64,000 nucleotides of DNA from Ignavibacteria bacterium. Its GTDB lineage: Bacteria > Bacteroidota > Ignavibacteria > Kapaibacteriales > UBA4661. The notes below the pieces were generated by a model, which did no database searches, had not been told where the DNA came from, and was given only the letters and a program-made list of their open reading frames with translations. The translations under genes and the position numbers were made by a program. The stretch's first letter is position 1. Every line of letters begins with the position of its first letter. The stretch lies in NCBI GenBank assembly GCA_947459425.1, contig CANHDJ010000006.1:19008-83007 (forward strand), read 5' to 3'. Shown one piece after another: positions 18,566-28,900 of this stretch.

Positions 18566-19612
18566 ATGGTACAGCGTTTTCTTTCCATAATCAGTCTTTG
18601 TGCGGCTTTGACACTCCTTCTATTCTCCTGCCGCCAGCCGATTGACCTTGATGTTGACCGTTCGGTCGTGGCGACAAATTTGCCGGAGATTACGGATTTT
18701 TCGCCGAAAGTCGTCAGAATCAGAAATGGTGACAGAATTACGATCACAGGGAAAAACTTTGTGAATGTAAAAAAAGTGATGATTGATACCCTGACGCTAG
18801 ATTCCATTATCATCGAAAACCGAGGTCGAATAAGTGCCCGCGTTCCCAATCAAGCACCACGAGGAAGTATTACAATCTCTCGTACCTACAAAATATCAGT
18901 ATTTACGCCCATCGGTGTCACAGAATCTCAACAAAAAGTCGCCCTAGCTGACAACAGTCTTACCGGATTTATTAGCTTCAATGAACAGCCCTTGGATAGT
19001 GTTGTTATCATAGCAACATATACCGCAAAAAATTTGGTGACACAAACACTGACAGGATACGGTATCAATATGAAATCCTCTGGCTTTTACGATATCTGGA
19101 TACCAAATATCAATGCAGGATCGTTTACCGTTCCCAATGGAGCAAACTTCACTGTTCGCCCCTTTTTAAGTGGTTATACCTTTACTCCTGCCGAACAGAC
19201 CGTGACATTTCAAAATCAACAAGGAATAGGAGAGACCGAATTTAAAGCATCAAAAGTACCTCCCGATAAGATGCCAGAATTTACGTCTATTACCCCAAGC
19301 ACAGGATACTCCTTTAGTGGTAGTGCGGAAACAGGTACATTGATAGAATTGCGTGGAAAAGGCTTCACGGGGCTTCGGAAAATTATGATTGGGATTCCCT
19401 ATCAGGCTCCGGGTAGTCAAAGTATCAGGGTAGAATATACCGAGGCAACAGAGTTTACCATGAAAAGCGATGGCGAACTATCCGTAAGACTTCCCCGTTT
19501 CGACCGCACTAAAGCACTCTCTGGCAGAACCTACCCGAACTGCCAAATCTATCTTCTCCGCGATGATGCTTCAATTCTTGCACCACAGCGCATTAGCATT
19601 ACCTACATCTAA
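18566..19612 (+). CDS. Lipoprotein with two IPT/TIG (Ig-like) domains
   Basis: Signal peptide with lipobox 'LLLFSC'. 'ITDFSPKVVRIRNGDRITITGKNF' and 'FTSITPSTGYSFSGSAETGTLIELRGKGF' are TIG-type motifs. It is third in the sigma / anti-sigma operon. Confidence 0.6.
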   Translation: MVQRFLSIISLCAALTLLLFSCRQPIDLDVDRSVVATNLPEITDFSPKVVRIRNGDRITITGKNFVNVKKVMIDTLTLDSIIIENRGRISARVPNQAPRGSITISRTYKISVFTPIGVTESQQKVALADNSLTGFISFNEQPLDSVVIIATYTAKNLVTQTLTGYGINMKSSGFYDIWIPNINAGSFTVPNGANFTVRPFLSGYTFTPAEQTVTFQNQQGIGETEFKASKVPPDKMPEFTSITPSTGYSFSGSAETGTLIELRGKGFTGLRKIMIGIPYQAPGSQSIRVEYTEATEFTMKSDGELSVRLPRFDRTKALSGRTYPNCQIYLLRDDASILAPQRISITYI

Positions 19613-19637
19613 AAATCGGTACATCAACAAAAAGCAA

Positions 19638-19673
19638 CAGCCGCCTTGTTTCAATGAAGCAAGGCGGCTGCGC
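19638..19673. terminator. Bidirectional terminator hairpin between convergent genes
   Basis: cagccgccttg / caaggcggctg (11 bp perfect stem), loop tttcaatgaag. It lies between the stop of 18566..19612 (+) and the stop of msrB (-). Confidence 0.6.
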
Positions 19674-19694
19674 ATTTTCTATAATCGGAAGAAT

Positions 19695-20264
19695 TTACTT
19701 CGCTTCGACAAACTCCAACGAAGCAGAGTTCATGCAATAGCGCATACCTGTTGGCTTTGGACCGTCATCAAAAACGTGTCCCAAATGCGCATCGCAACGA
19801 GCGCAGAGCGATTCGGTACGCACCATACCCAAGGAACGGTCTGTTTCATTGCGGACTGCTTCTGGCGAAAGCGGCTGCCAAAAGCTGGGCCAGCCTGTGC
19901 CGGAATCAAATTTTGTATCGGAACTAAAGAGTTCCAGCCCGCAGTTCGAGCATTTGTATACGCCTTTGCGGTGATTATCCCAGTATTTGCCTGTAAAAGC
20001 GCGTTCGGTACCTTTTTCACGGGTTACATGGTACTGCTCAGGAGTCAACTGTTTACGCCATTCGGCTTCGGGTTTGACGACTTTGGTCATAGTGGTAGTA
20101 CCTTTCTTGGGTTGTGATTGCTGCTCGGCAGCATCGTTAGTTTTTCCAGTGCCTTTTTCATCCGCTTTTTTCTCGCCCGCGCTGCTATTGCACGCCAGCA
20201 ATGCCAGCAACAACGCACCCGAAAGTAAGCAAGAGCGAAAAAGGTGTTTTTGAGGTGAACGCAT
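19695..20264 (-). CDS. msrB: Peptide-methionine (R)-S-oxide reductase MsrB, lipoprotein form
   Basis: SelR domain motifs 'GTGWPSF' and '[21 protein letters not shown]'. N-terminal signal with lipobox 'LALLAC'. Confidence 0.88.
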   Translation of the reverse strand: MRSPQKHLFRSCLLSGALLLALLACNSSAGEKKADEKGTGKTNDAAEQQSQPKKGTTTMTKVVKPEAEWRKQLTPEQYHVTREKGTERAFTGKYWDNHRKGVYKCSNCGLELFSSDTKFDSGTGWPSFWQPLSPEAVRNETDRSLGMVRTESLCARCDAHLGHVFDDGPKPTGMRYCMNSASLEFVEAK

Positions 20265-20309
20265 AGTTGGAAAATTTATTGTGGATGAGGGAAGACGGTG
20301 TTCTGAACG

Positions 20310-20813
20310 CTATTTTTTCTCAGGAGCAGGAGCTTCTGCTTTTTTCTTTTTCTCTGTCTCTTCTTGTGAGCGTTTGTCGGTGATGATGATAAACTTATTG
20401 AATTCATTCGGAATTTTCTTCGCATCTTCGCTGAAAATAGAACGTCCGCTATTTTCTACCAATGCACAATGGATCTTGTTTGTGAACAAGCCAATACCAA
20501 CAATCGCCTTGGGGTTTCCGGGCGTAAAGGGCTTTTCGCCGCGTAAAATCAGCACATCACCGTAGAGTTCAATCGGGAGTTCATGCGCAAAGCGGTCTTG
20601 TAAGCGCTCATATTCCTTGCCCAAGAGCGTTTGCAACCGCGTCTGAATTTTGGGTTCTTGCTTCAGAAGTTCGGAGGGCATCTGCCCAATATATTGCTTC
20701 AGCGAAGAAACAGAGGTTTCTTGCGCGTAGAGGTTGGTGCCGGAATAATTTAGGAGTGACAAAACCATTACACAAACGCTGATAAAGAAACGTTGCACCA
20801 TAGTTGCGCTCAT
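20310..20813 (-). CDS. Hypothetical secreted protein with a Lys/Glu-rich C-terminal tail
   Basis: Signal peptide 'MVQRFFISVCVMVLSLLNYSGTNLYAQE'. I recognise no family. Confidence 0.45.
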   Translation of the reverse strand: MSATMVQRFFISVCVMVLSLLNYSGTNLYAQETSVSSLKQYIGQMPSELLKQEPKIQTRLQTLLGKEYERLQDRFAHELPIELYGDVLILRGEKPFTPGNPKAIVGIGLFTNKIHCALVENSGRSIFSEDAKKIPNEFNKFIIITDKRSQEETEKKKKAEAPAPEKK

Positions 20814-20916
20814 AACGGGAGAGATAGAAGAAAATTTTGTGATTTGCTGTAAGATACGAGGAGTGCGGAAAAAAGTTTAACTCCTGCGGAAACTTAGCAA
20901 AAGTTTTCCTACAAAC

Positions 20917-20947
20917 AAGGGGCAAATATTTTTTATTTGCCCCTTGA
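20917..20947 (-). terminator. Terminator hairpin downstream of the OmpA-family gene
   Basis: caaggggcaaat / atttgccccttg (12 bp stem) with an AT loop. It is 50 bp after the stop at 20996. Confidence 0.5.
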
Positions 20948-20995
20948 GGTAATTGACGATTCGGAGAGAGAACAATATTTCCAGCAAGCGCACCG

Positions 20996-23053
20996 TTACT
21001 GGTCTATCGGCGTTTCCACGCGCACTTCGACGGTGCGACTCAAAAAGCGCCCCTCCGGTATTTCATTCGGGTAAATAATCATTTTTGCGCCGACCCCCCG
21101 CGCTGTTGTTTGCTGGGACGGTACAAGATTCGATACGCTGCGGGCGCGTCCTTCGGAAAGGCGCTGATTCACGTCTGCACTGCCTAATTTATCGGTAAAA
21201 CCCGATACTTGGACGGTGGAATTTGGTTTCACATTCGGCAGTACCAAGCCTTTGATAATTCGTGCATTTTCCGGTCCAACTTCGGGACTGTCAAAATCAA
21301 ACAAAATAAGGCGATAGGTGTCAATTTCTTTATCTTTAATCCGCAAACTCCGCTTTTTCCGAATCGTCACCTGCTCAACAGGAATAGAGCCAACGGGCAT
21401 TGCTGTTCGCCCTTCGGAATCAATAACTTCGTAGCTAAATTGCATTTTGTCTTCGGTGCGTGGTATCGTTGATTGTTCGCGGGCGGTATTCCATTCCACA
21501 ATGGGGTCAAGGGCGCTCAGTGCGGTGAATTGCTTGAGTGTACGCTCGTTTTGGAATGCACGGAGTGTTGATTTTGCCACACCCGCCTCTGCCTGAACGG
21601 TCGTTTTGAAACGAATCACCGGAGCCGAAGGAACAAGCAAGGTGTCATACACCAGCGATGGCTGCATAATTTCCCACGATGCCGAAGCAATCTCAACACG
21701 GCGATTTTCCTCAATACCAAGCGAATCTTTCGAATTGGTCGGTTTTTCGGGCAGATTCCGCTCACGAAGCTCCATGCGCGTCGAATCTATACCCCACGTC
21801 CGGCGGATGTACTGGCGGACTTCCTCCGCCCGGCTACGCGAGAGCGAAAGATTCCCTGCTTCGCCGGGGCTGCTGTTGTCGTTGCACCCTGTTATTGTAA
21901 TTTTTGTTTTCGGATATTCTTGCAAACGCTTACCGATGATATTCAGTACATCGTAGTACACGCGCATAGCATCGGCATTGAAGAATTTATTTTCGCTAAA
22001 TGCCGTTGCTTCGTCGCCATTCAAGCGGTGATATCGTGCGGGCATTACACTGGAATTATAGTCAAAAAAGATGTATGGTAAAAGCGGATACATCTGCCGC
22101 GAAACAAATTCCTCCACTTTGATTTGTACAAGCGGAACTTCTGTGCCAGAAGTGTCGGTCGTAAATGCTGCAATCGTCGCATCCACAGCAACAACAGGCT
22201 TTGGTGGGGGTGGAGGCGGAGGCGGGGGCAAGGGCGGAAGTGCATAGCGCAGACTCACGCCACCACGCAACTGATTCAGATTCCATGCGGTGTTTGCCAC
22301 AATAGGAGTTAAACCCAGCGCGTAAAAAATCTCCGGCGTTATTGCCAGCGAACCGAGTTGAATATCATAGCCAACCCCCGCAGTAATGCTGGTGTGCAAG
22401 GTTTGTGCTTGAGGAATTTCCTGTGTTGGAATGACATTGCGTTCGCGCTGAATATTATTGAATACAACGCTTGAGGGTGTTGTTTCGACTGGTGTGAGGC
22501 TTAAAATGGTCTCTTTTTGGCTAAAGGTCTTTTGAAGCATCAATCCCAAGCGCAATCCCGCATAGAATCTCAATCCCTTAATGCCTTCGCCCGAAAAAGG
22601 ATGAATGACGGCAAGCGGCTCAATGCCAAGCGATGCGAGGTTTGATTGAATCTCGCGCCCCAGAATTGCATCGTAAAACGTCACCGATGCACCATCGGTG
22701 CTTAACGAAGCGATACGCTGCTTTTCTTGTGCTTGCAAAACACCGCTATTGCCCGCATAGCTCAGGCGCAAGCCCGCACTCAGGAAATCCGACAACGGAT
22801 ATTCCAGCAACCCTCCAAACGTCAGACCAACACTAGAGCCACCGCTAAACAAGACTCCATCGCCTGTGCGCCCGGCGGGAACACCCGGCAATTCGGCAAA
22901 ATTGGCGAAATGCTGGTTCAGCACACCACCCACAAAGCCTCCTACTCTCAAGGTTCTTGAGGAATCGGTCTGAGCCGAAAGTCTATGGGAAACGAAGAAT
23001 CCCCAAACAACCAAAGCAATCACGAGTTTCGTCTTCATGCTTATATTCTTCAT
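20996..23053 (-). CDS. OmpA-family outer membrane protein: N-terminal porin-like beta-barrel, poly-proline linker, two tandem OmpA C-like peptidoglycan-binding domains
   Basis: Signal peptide 'MKTKLVIALVVWGFFVSHRLSAQ'. Linker 'ALPPLPPPPPPPPPKPVV' around 22195..22245. OmpA-C motifs 'ITITGCNDNSSPGEAGNLSLSRSRAEEVRQYI' and 'VQVSGFTDKLGSADVNQRLSEGRARSV'. Confidence 0.85.
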   Translation of the reverse strand: MKNISMKTKLVIALVVWGFFVSHRLSAQTDSSRTLRVGGFVGGVLNQHFANFAELPGVPAGRTGDGVLFSGGSSVGLTFGGLLEYPLSDFLSAGLRLSYAGNSGVLQAQEKQRIASLSTDGASVTFYDAILGREIQSNLASLGIEPLAVIHPFSGEGIKGLRFYAGLRLGLMLQKTFSQKETILSLTPVETTPSSVVFNNIQRERNVIPTQEIPQAQTLHTSITAGVGYDIQLGSLAITPEIFYALGLTPIVANTAWNLNQLRGGVSLRYALPPLPPPPPPPPPKPVVAVDATIAAFTTDTSGTEVPLVQIKVEEFVSRQMYPLLPYIFFDYNSSVMPARYHRLNGDEATAFSENKFFNADAMRVYYDVLNIIGKRLQEYPKTKITITGCNDNSSPGEAGNLSLSRSRAEEVRQYIRRTWGIDSTRMELRERNLPEKPTNSKDSLGIEENRRVEIASASWEIMQPSLVYDTLLVPSAPVIRFKTTVQAEAGVAKSTLRAFQNERTLKQFTALSALDPIVEWNTAREQSTIPRTEDKMQFSYEVIDSEGRTAMPVGSIPVEQVTIRKKRSLRIKDKEIDTYRLILFDFDSPEVGPENARIIKGLVLPNVKPNSTVQVSGFTDKLGSADVNQRLSEGRARSVSNLVPSQQTTARGVGAKMIIYPNEIPEGRFLSRTVEVRVETPIDQ

Positions 23054-23080
23054 ACAGCTATTTCCTTGAATTTCAATATC

Positions 23081-25327
23081 TTACTCAATAATCACTGGTG
23101 TTTCGACGCGAACTTCCACAGAACGATTATAGATGCGTCCTTCCGGTGTCTCATTCGTGTATTGTGGGCGCGTACCGCCGACACCACGCGCTTGTGTGTC
23201 CCGCCATTTGATGTAATCGGCAACCGATTTTGCGCGACCAGACGAAAGTTTCATATTCACGTCGGGATTACCCAATTTGTCGGTAAAGCCCGTAATATCA
23301 ATCTTTGAGCCGTTTTTGAGATTATCCAAAATGAACGAGTTGATAATACGCGAGTTGTTCGCACCAACCGAAGGGCTGTTGAAATCGAACAAGATAAGAC
23401 GATAAATAGCAAGCTGTTTATCCGTACCGCCTGACTCACGCTTTTTCTTGACCGTCACCAGTTCCACCGGAATCGCACCAATCGGATGTGCTTCTTCGCC
23501 CTTTTTATCGGTCACATCCAACCCAAATTTGAGCGCATCCGGCGTACTGGGCGCAGAGCCTTGGTCGGCTATGGTGTTCCAATCAATAATCGGATTCCAA
23601 TCTAGCGTAGAATCAGGCTTGCCGGGCATAGAAAAGAGTTTCAACGAGCGCTCGCCCTGCTTCACATTCAATGCTGTTTTTGCTACGCCGTCGTCGGCTT
23701 TGATATTCATACGGAAACGAATCGTCGGTGGCTCAGGAATATTGATGGTATCGTTCACCAACACGGGTTTCAAAACATCCCACACATCGGAATAAATCTC
23801 TACGCGGCGATTTTCCTCAATACCAAGCGAATCGCGTGATTTGGTCGGCTTTTCCGGCAAATTCCGCGCTTGCAACGTCACCCGCGAGGAATCCACCCCC
23901 CAAATGTCAATCAAATAGCGCCGAACCTCGTCCGCACGGCGGTAGGAAAGCTGAATATTGCTATTTTCCAGACCGACATTATTGTTGCAGCCTACGAGTT
24001 GAATTTTTGCATTCGACAACGTTCTCATTCGACTGCCGATAATATTCAGTACGTCGTAATAGACCTTGAGCATATTCACATTGTGGAAATCCTGCTCACT
24101 GAAATTTTGCGTTTCTTCTTTGGTCTTGAACATCCGATACCGATTTGGTACGTCGGGGGAGTTCTGGTCAAAGAAAATATAATTCATAAGCGGATACATC
24201 TGCCATGCAAAAAACTGTTCCACTTTCAAGCGTACAAGTGGGACTTCTACTCCGGTGCTGTCCACCATGAATGCCGATATTGAGGCATTGAGAGTACCCT
24301 TCTTGTTTTCGTCGGCGTGTTTGAAGGTCGGTTGTTTTTTGAACTCTCGTGGCGGATCCGGTGGCGGATCTTCCTTTTTCGGTGGCGGCTGCTCGCCCAC
24401 ACTGTCTTTAGGCGGCGTATTTTGAGCAATCGGCTGTTCCGGGTCTTTTTTCGGTGGAGTATCTTCCTTTGGTGGTGGCGGATTTTCCGGCACATACCGC
24501 AAAGAGAAGCCCCCACGAATCGTATTGGCGTTCCAAGGGAGTCCATTGATAAATGGAGTCAGCGAGTACGAATAAAACGCCTCCGGCGCAAGAACAAAGC
24601 GCCCAATCGGAATATCATACCCCAGACCACCCGTCAAAACGAAGTTCACCGACTGCACGTTGGGAATAGCCTGGCCGGGAATATTATTCCTATCAATGGA
24701 GAGATTATTCCAGACCGCATTATCTACGGGGTCAATGAGCTGTTCCCCTTGCGAGAAAGAACTTTGAATCATAAAGCCCACCCGTGCGCCGCCGTAAATC
24801 CGAAAGTTTGGCACTACCGCAATCGGCGACCATGCCAAAAGCGGCTCAATACCGACCGAGCCAAGATTGGGTGTGAGCGAAAAACGCGCCTTGCCGCTAA
24901 AAAATGAAACACCAGTTCCTTGAGCATTCAAAAACCCAACATTCCGCAATTCCTCCGTTGCCTGAAGCATAGCGTTATGCGTGGCATAACTCACGCGCAG
25001 CGACAAACTGAGCGCATCGGCAAGCGGAATATCCGCCAAACCGCCGATGGTGAAACCGAACCCCGTTGCGTCGCCGAATTGTACCTTATTCTTCAAATCC
25101 AGTGCAAGGGGCGATGTAGCGCCGTTAAACAAGGAAATCGGCACTCCCGGCAAGCTATTAAACGATGCCGTGTGCTGATTGATATTTAACGCACCAAAAC
25201 CGCCAAACGTCACCGCCTTCGGGGGTGCGGCGGAGTTTTGCGCTCGGAGTGGCAAAGGCTCTGCAAGCAGCAGCATACCGAGGAATACTGCCATGCTCCA
25301 ACGAGTTATCATAGTTACGTGCTTCAT
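23081..25327 (-). CDS. OmpA-family outer membrane protein, paralog of 20996..23053, with a longer Pro/Lys/Glu-rich linker
   Basis: I place the start at the ATG at 25327 ('MKHVTMITRWSMAVFLGMLLLAEPLPLRAQN'), not the track's 25687, which would read through the intergenic repeats. The domain order matches the upstream paralog. Pro-rich linker 'ENPPPPKEDTPPKKDPEQP...PPPDPP' around 24345..24500. OmpA-C motifs 'IQLVGCNNNVGLENSNIQLSYRRADEVRRYL' and 'IDITGFTDKLGNPDVNMKLSSGRAKSV'. Confidence 0.82.
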   Translation of the reverse strand: MKHVTMITRWSMAVFLGMLLLAEPLPLRAQNSAAPPKAVTFGGFGALNINQHTASFNSLPGVPISLFNGATSPLALDLKNKVQFGDATGFGFTIGGLADIPLADALSLSLRVSYATHNAMLQATEELRNVGFLNAQGTGVSFFSGKARFSLTPNLGSVGIEPLLAWSPIAVVPNFRIYGGARVGFMIQSSFSQGEQLIDPVDNAVWNNLSIDRNNIPGQAIPNVQSVNFVLTGGLGYDIPIGRFVLAPEAFYSYSLTPFINGLPWNANTIRGGFSLRYVPENPPPPKEDTPPKKDPEQPIAQNTPPKDSVGEQPPPKKEDPPPDPPREFKKQPTFKHADENKKGTLNASISAFMVDSTGVEVPLVRLKVEQFFAWQMYPLMNYIFFDQNSPDVPNRYRMFKTKEETQNFSEQDFHNVNMLKVYYDVLNIIGSRMRTLSNAKIQLVGCNNNVGLENSNIQLSYRRADEVRRYLIDIWGVDSSRVTLQARNLPEKPTKSRDSLGIEENRRVEIYSDVWDVLKPVLVNDTINIPEPPTIRFRMNIKADDGVAKTALNVKQGERSLKLFSMPGKPDSTLDWNPIIDWNTIADQGSAPSTPDALKFGLDVTDKKGEEAHPIGAIPVELVTVKKKRESGGTDKQLAIYRLILFDFNSPSVGANNSRIINSFILDNLKNGSKIDITGFTDKLGNPDVNMKLSSGRAKSVADYIKWRDTQARGVGGTRPQYTNETPEGRIYNRSVEVRVETPVIIE

Positions 25328-25368
25328 ACTGAACCACTCTTTTTTTGCGGAAATGGGATAGACGGAAG

Positions 25369-25568
25369 AAGGTCGAAAAACTCTTCCCGTCCGGCGGCTG
25401 AAGAGAGCAGATGCGCTGCCGTCGGGCGGGTTTTGCACGGGTAATCGTTGACCATTATTATACTGAGAAAGGTCGAAAAACTCTTCCCGTCCGGCGGCTG
25501 AAGAGTGCGAATACGCTGCCGTCGGGCAGGTGATCCGTGTGTAACCTTTGACCATTTTCGGTATAGTA
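25369..25568. repeat. 2 x 100 bp imperfect direct repeat (unit 1 at 25369..25468, unit 2 at 25469..25568). Each unit has an internal ctcttc...gaagag hairpin. It belongs to the same family as 15281..15345 and 47640..47925.
   Basis: Units share 'aaggtcgaaaaactcttcccgtccggcggctgaagag[a/t]gc[ag]a..cgctgccgtcgggc[ga]gg...ttgaccatt'. The 3' part 'gtcgggcgggttttgcacggg' resembles revcomp 47680..47700 'ggcgggtttcgcacgcg'. The site is intergenic, upstream of the OmpA paralog start. Confidence 0.7.
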
Positions 25569-25907
25569 TAGTCTCTCAAAAAAGGGTGCATACATTGTCC
25601 ATTCATCGCTGAAGGTTCTTCAACGAAGTCGAAGGCTGTGCTGCCGTTATCGGCAGGAGCGTTCCAATGTTGTATTCGTACAATCATATCAAAAGAAAAA
25701 CAACGAATTGAAGCGTGAATGGTGAACTGTACGCGAATAAATGCGTCAATACTTGCGAAAAAACCTCAAAAACCTTACCATGTCTCTCGCAAGATACAAA
25801 AGAAATATTATCGTGCAAGCCCAATGGAACGGAATCATCATCAGTTTCTCCGACAAGCCCTCTTCCACACACCGTGCGCAAAGAGGGCTTGAGAGCCATA
25901 ATTATCC

Positions 25908-28900
25908 TTAGCGAACAACGTGTATTTTTTGCACCTGCACCGCCCCGCGCTCAGAGCGAACCGTGACGAAATACACACCCGGCGAGAGGTCGGCGGTATT
26001 GAGCGGAATATCACCTGTTTTGCCGATAAGTTGCGTTATAGGCAGTGTTTTTACCACTCGCCCGAACACATCACTTACGCTTACGTTGACGTTTTCTGCG
26101 GTGCGCTCACTAACGGCATTTTCGATAACGTAGCTGATGGTCGCATCATCACTCACCGGATTCGGACGTGAAGGCGTGAGACGCATACGTGGCGGCGGAC
26201 CGATAAGACGCGCACCTCCAGCGTAGGAGATAGTCGTCAAGCGGAAGAAACTTGAGGTGGTTGGAAGCGGCGCACCGCCTGGGGAAAGACGAGAGTTAAG
26301 GACAAGTGCCGTGACACTATCATTGCCCAATGCTGCGCGGAACGGTAAGGTAAAGAGTGCTGCCGTAGTATCGGTTGGAATAGTCAACGTCATTGGAATG
26401 CACCGCACACCACCAGAAATCGTTCCTGCGGCGAGTGGTGGCAAAGGCTCCAACAACGTAGCATTGAAGCACAGTGTGGCATCAATACGCGCACCGGGGC
26501 GAAGTGTTCCCAATGACCGAAGGCGAATGCTAAACACGACAGTATCACCTGGGGCGGCAAATGTGGAATCACCACGCACTACGGGAGGTGTCGCTGGGTT
26601 AGTAGAACCACAATTGGCAAGGCAGGTAGTACTACCAATAACCGGAGGTGTAAAACGTTGAGCTGCTGATGTCTGCACACAACCATTAATATCCGTTACC
26701 CGAACACTATACAAACCGTCGACTTGCGGCGCAAAAACCGAATCTGTTGCTTGAGCAATATTCATTCCATTCAAGAGCCACTGATACAACCGCGCACGAG
26801 GCGTAGAAGAGCCTCGGAAGCGCACACCTGCATCTATGGTGTCAATGCGCACCACAACTTGCGTTTGCGAAACCGTAATCGTGCTGGAAGTATTGATACA
26901 ACCAATCGTATTTTTTACTTGGACACTGAAAGAACCTGCTCTATTGATGCGGAATTGGCGGTTTGTTTCGCCCATAATAGGTCGCGCTGCATCACCGATG
27001 CCGGAAAGCCACTGATACTCCGCAAATCCTGCCGGAGCCGTCACGGTCGTGTCGGCATTGGGACAAATCGTAATGGCGGACGGTAGTACTGGTGCGGTCG
27101 GCAAGGTAGCTGGCGTAACATTTGACGGTGAATTTGGTCGTGAGGTACAGCCATTGCTACTTCGTGCCTCGACGGTGTACGAGCCGATAGCACGAACAGT
27201 CAGCGACGTGCGCGTCTCACCAGGAAGAGCCGTATTATTCAAGAACCACTGATAGGTCAGCGCTGCATCAGCATTAGAAACAAACAGTTCTAACGAACCA
27301 TTCGGACAGAGTTCCAAGCTGCCATTTCGTGAACTAATCTCTGGCGTTCTCGGAGCCGGAAGTTCGGTAACCGCAAATGGCGCAGATGTTCCCTCGCAAC
27401 CACCGGAAGCCGTCACTCGAACACGATACGAACCTGCTGCGCGAACCACCAGCGTCCGCATTGTTGCGCCAGCAATCGCCGTCGAAACACCACCTGTTAC
27501 TGTAAACCACTGGTACGAAGCGAAATCACCGGCATCCAGCGTCAGCGAACCGCCTTGGCAGAACGTATTGCCTCCTGTTGGCGTAACAACGATCGGCATT
27601 GGATTATCGACAACACGAACCGTTACGGTTGTTCCAACGGGACAAGGGTCGCCATTGGTGAACTGTACGGAAACCTTGTAATCGGCAGCATCGGTAACGC
27701 TCAATGTGCGCGAAGTACCAATAACGGAGGCAACACCAACACGAGTCCATTCAAAAGTTGCTCTCGCAAGAAGTGAATCGGGAATATCAACACTCAACTG
27801 TATCGGCGTTCCTCGGCAGGTCGTAAAGCTATTCGAACTTGAACGTACAACACCCGGAAGAACCTGCCCGCTTTCCAAGCGTACTGGCGGCATCGAAAGC
27901 GTACTAGCGCAGCCTTGAGCGGTAAAGACCTGAACGGAATAATTGCCCGGCATCATAGCATCAAAGCGGCGGCTGGTAGCACCGGCAATTGGAGTATTAT
28001 TAAAATACCACTGATAGCGCGGAAATCCTGCCGGACCAAACAACGGATAACTTGAACCGGGGCAGATTGTTTGCACAATTCCCGAAGCTACACCGCTAAT
28101 CGTCGGCGCAGGTGGAGCATCGCCAACTTGAACGGTAAAATCCGCCGACGTACTCGTACAGCCATTCACCATTTTCACAACAAGATGGAATGTTCCGGCA
28201 GTAACAGAAAGGGTTGAACCTGTCGCACCTGCAATAAGTCTTCTGATTCCATTTCTCGCCGATGAACCCGCGTACCATTGATAGGTCTGGAATTCTGGAC
28301 TTGGGATAATGGTCAACATAATTGGGGATTCAACTTTGCCTGTTGCCGGATTTGCACAATTCACCGTATCACCGCGCACAATAACGGGTGAAACGTCTCT
28401 TGAGGAAAGGGTCAAATCTCTGGACATATTGGTACAGCCGTTGTTATCAACTGTTTCGACCGAATAAACCGCATCGTCCAGCGCAAAGAATATCCGCGAT
28501 TTGGCGGTATCAATGGGCTGAAAGTTTTTGTGCCAAAGGTAAGAACGGAAGCCCTCTTGCGCCACAAGATAAATCCCCTCATTGCGGCAAGGAGTCAAGT
28601 CGATACCAGCGCCGGGAGCGTTGAGAATCGTTGCCTGCAAACCTGGGCTGACCGTAACGTTTATTGGATTCGAGGTGCGAACACAACCATTGCCATCGGT
28701 AACGCGAATACGAAAAACTCCGGTTTGCGTCACGATAATCACCGACGAACTGTCCGTAGAAGATACGCGCTGTGCATAGCCTCCGGTAACAGTGAGTGAG
28801 CGCCCCGTGCCATTGGTGACAGGAAACAACGTCCCATTACTGCCCTCGCGTAGCCACTGGTATTGCGTTCCCGTTCCGGCATCTTCGGTCGTCAGCACCG

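Noticed and set aside
25328-25687. N-terminal 120-aa extension of the OmpA paralog (track ORF 23081..25687)
   Set aside because: The extension runs through the 100-bp intergenic repeats and has no signal peptide. The ATG at 25327 gives a canonical signal peptide directly followed by the beta-barrel, matching the paralog 20996..23053.
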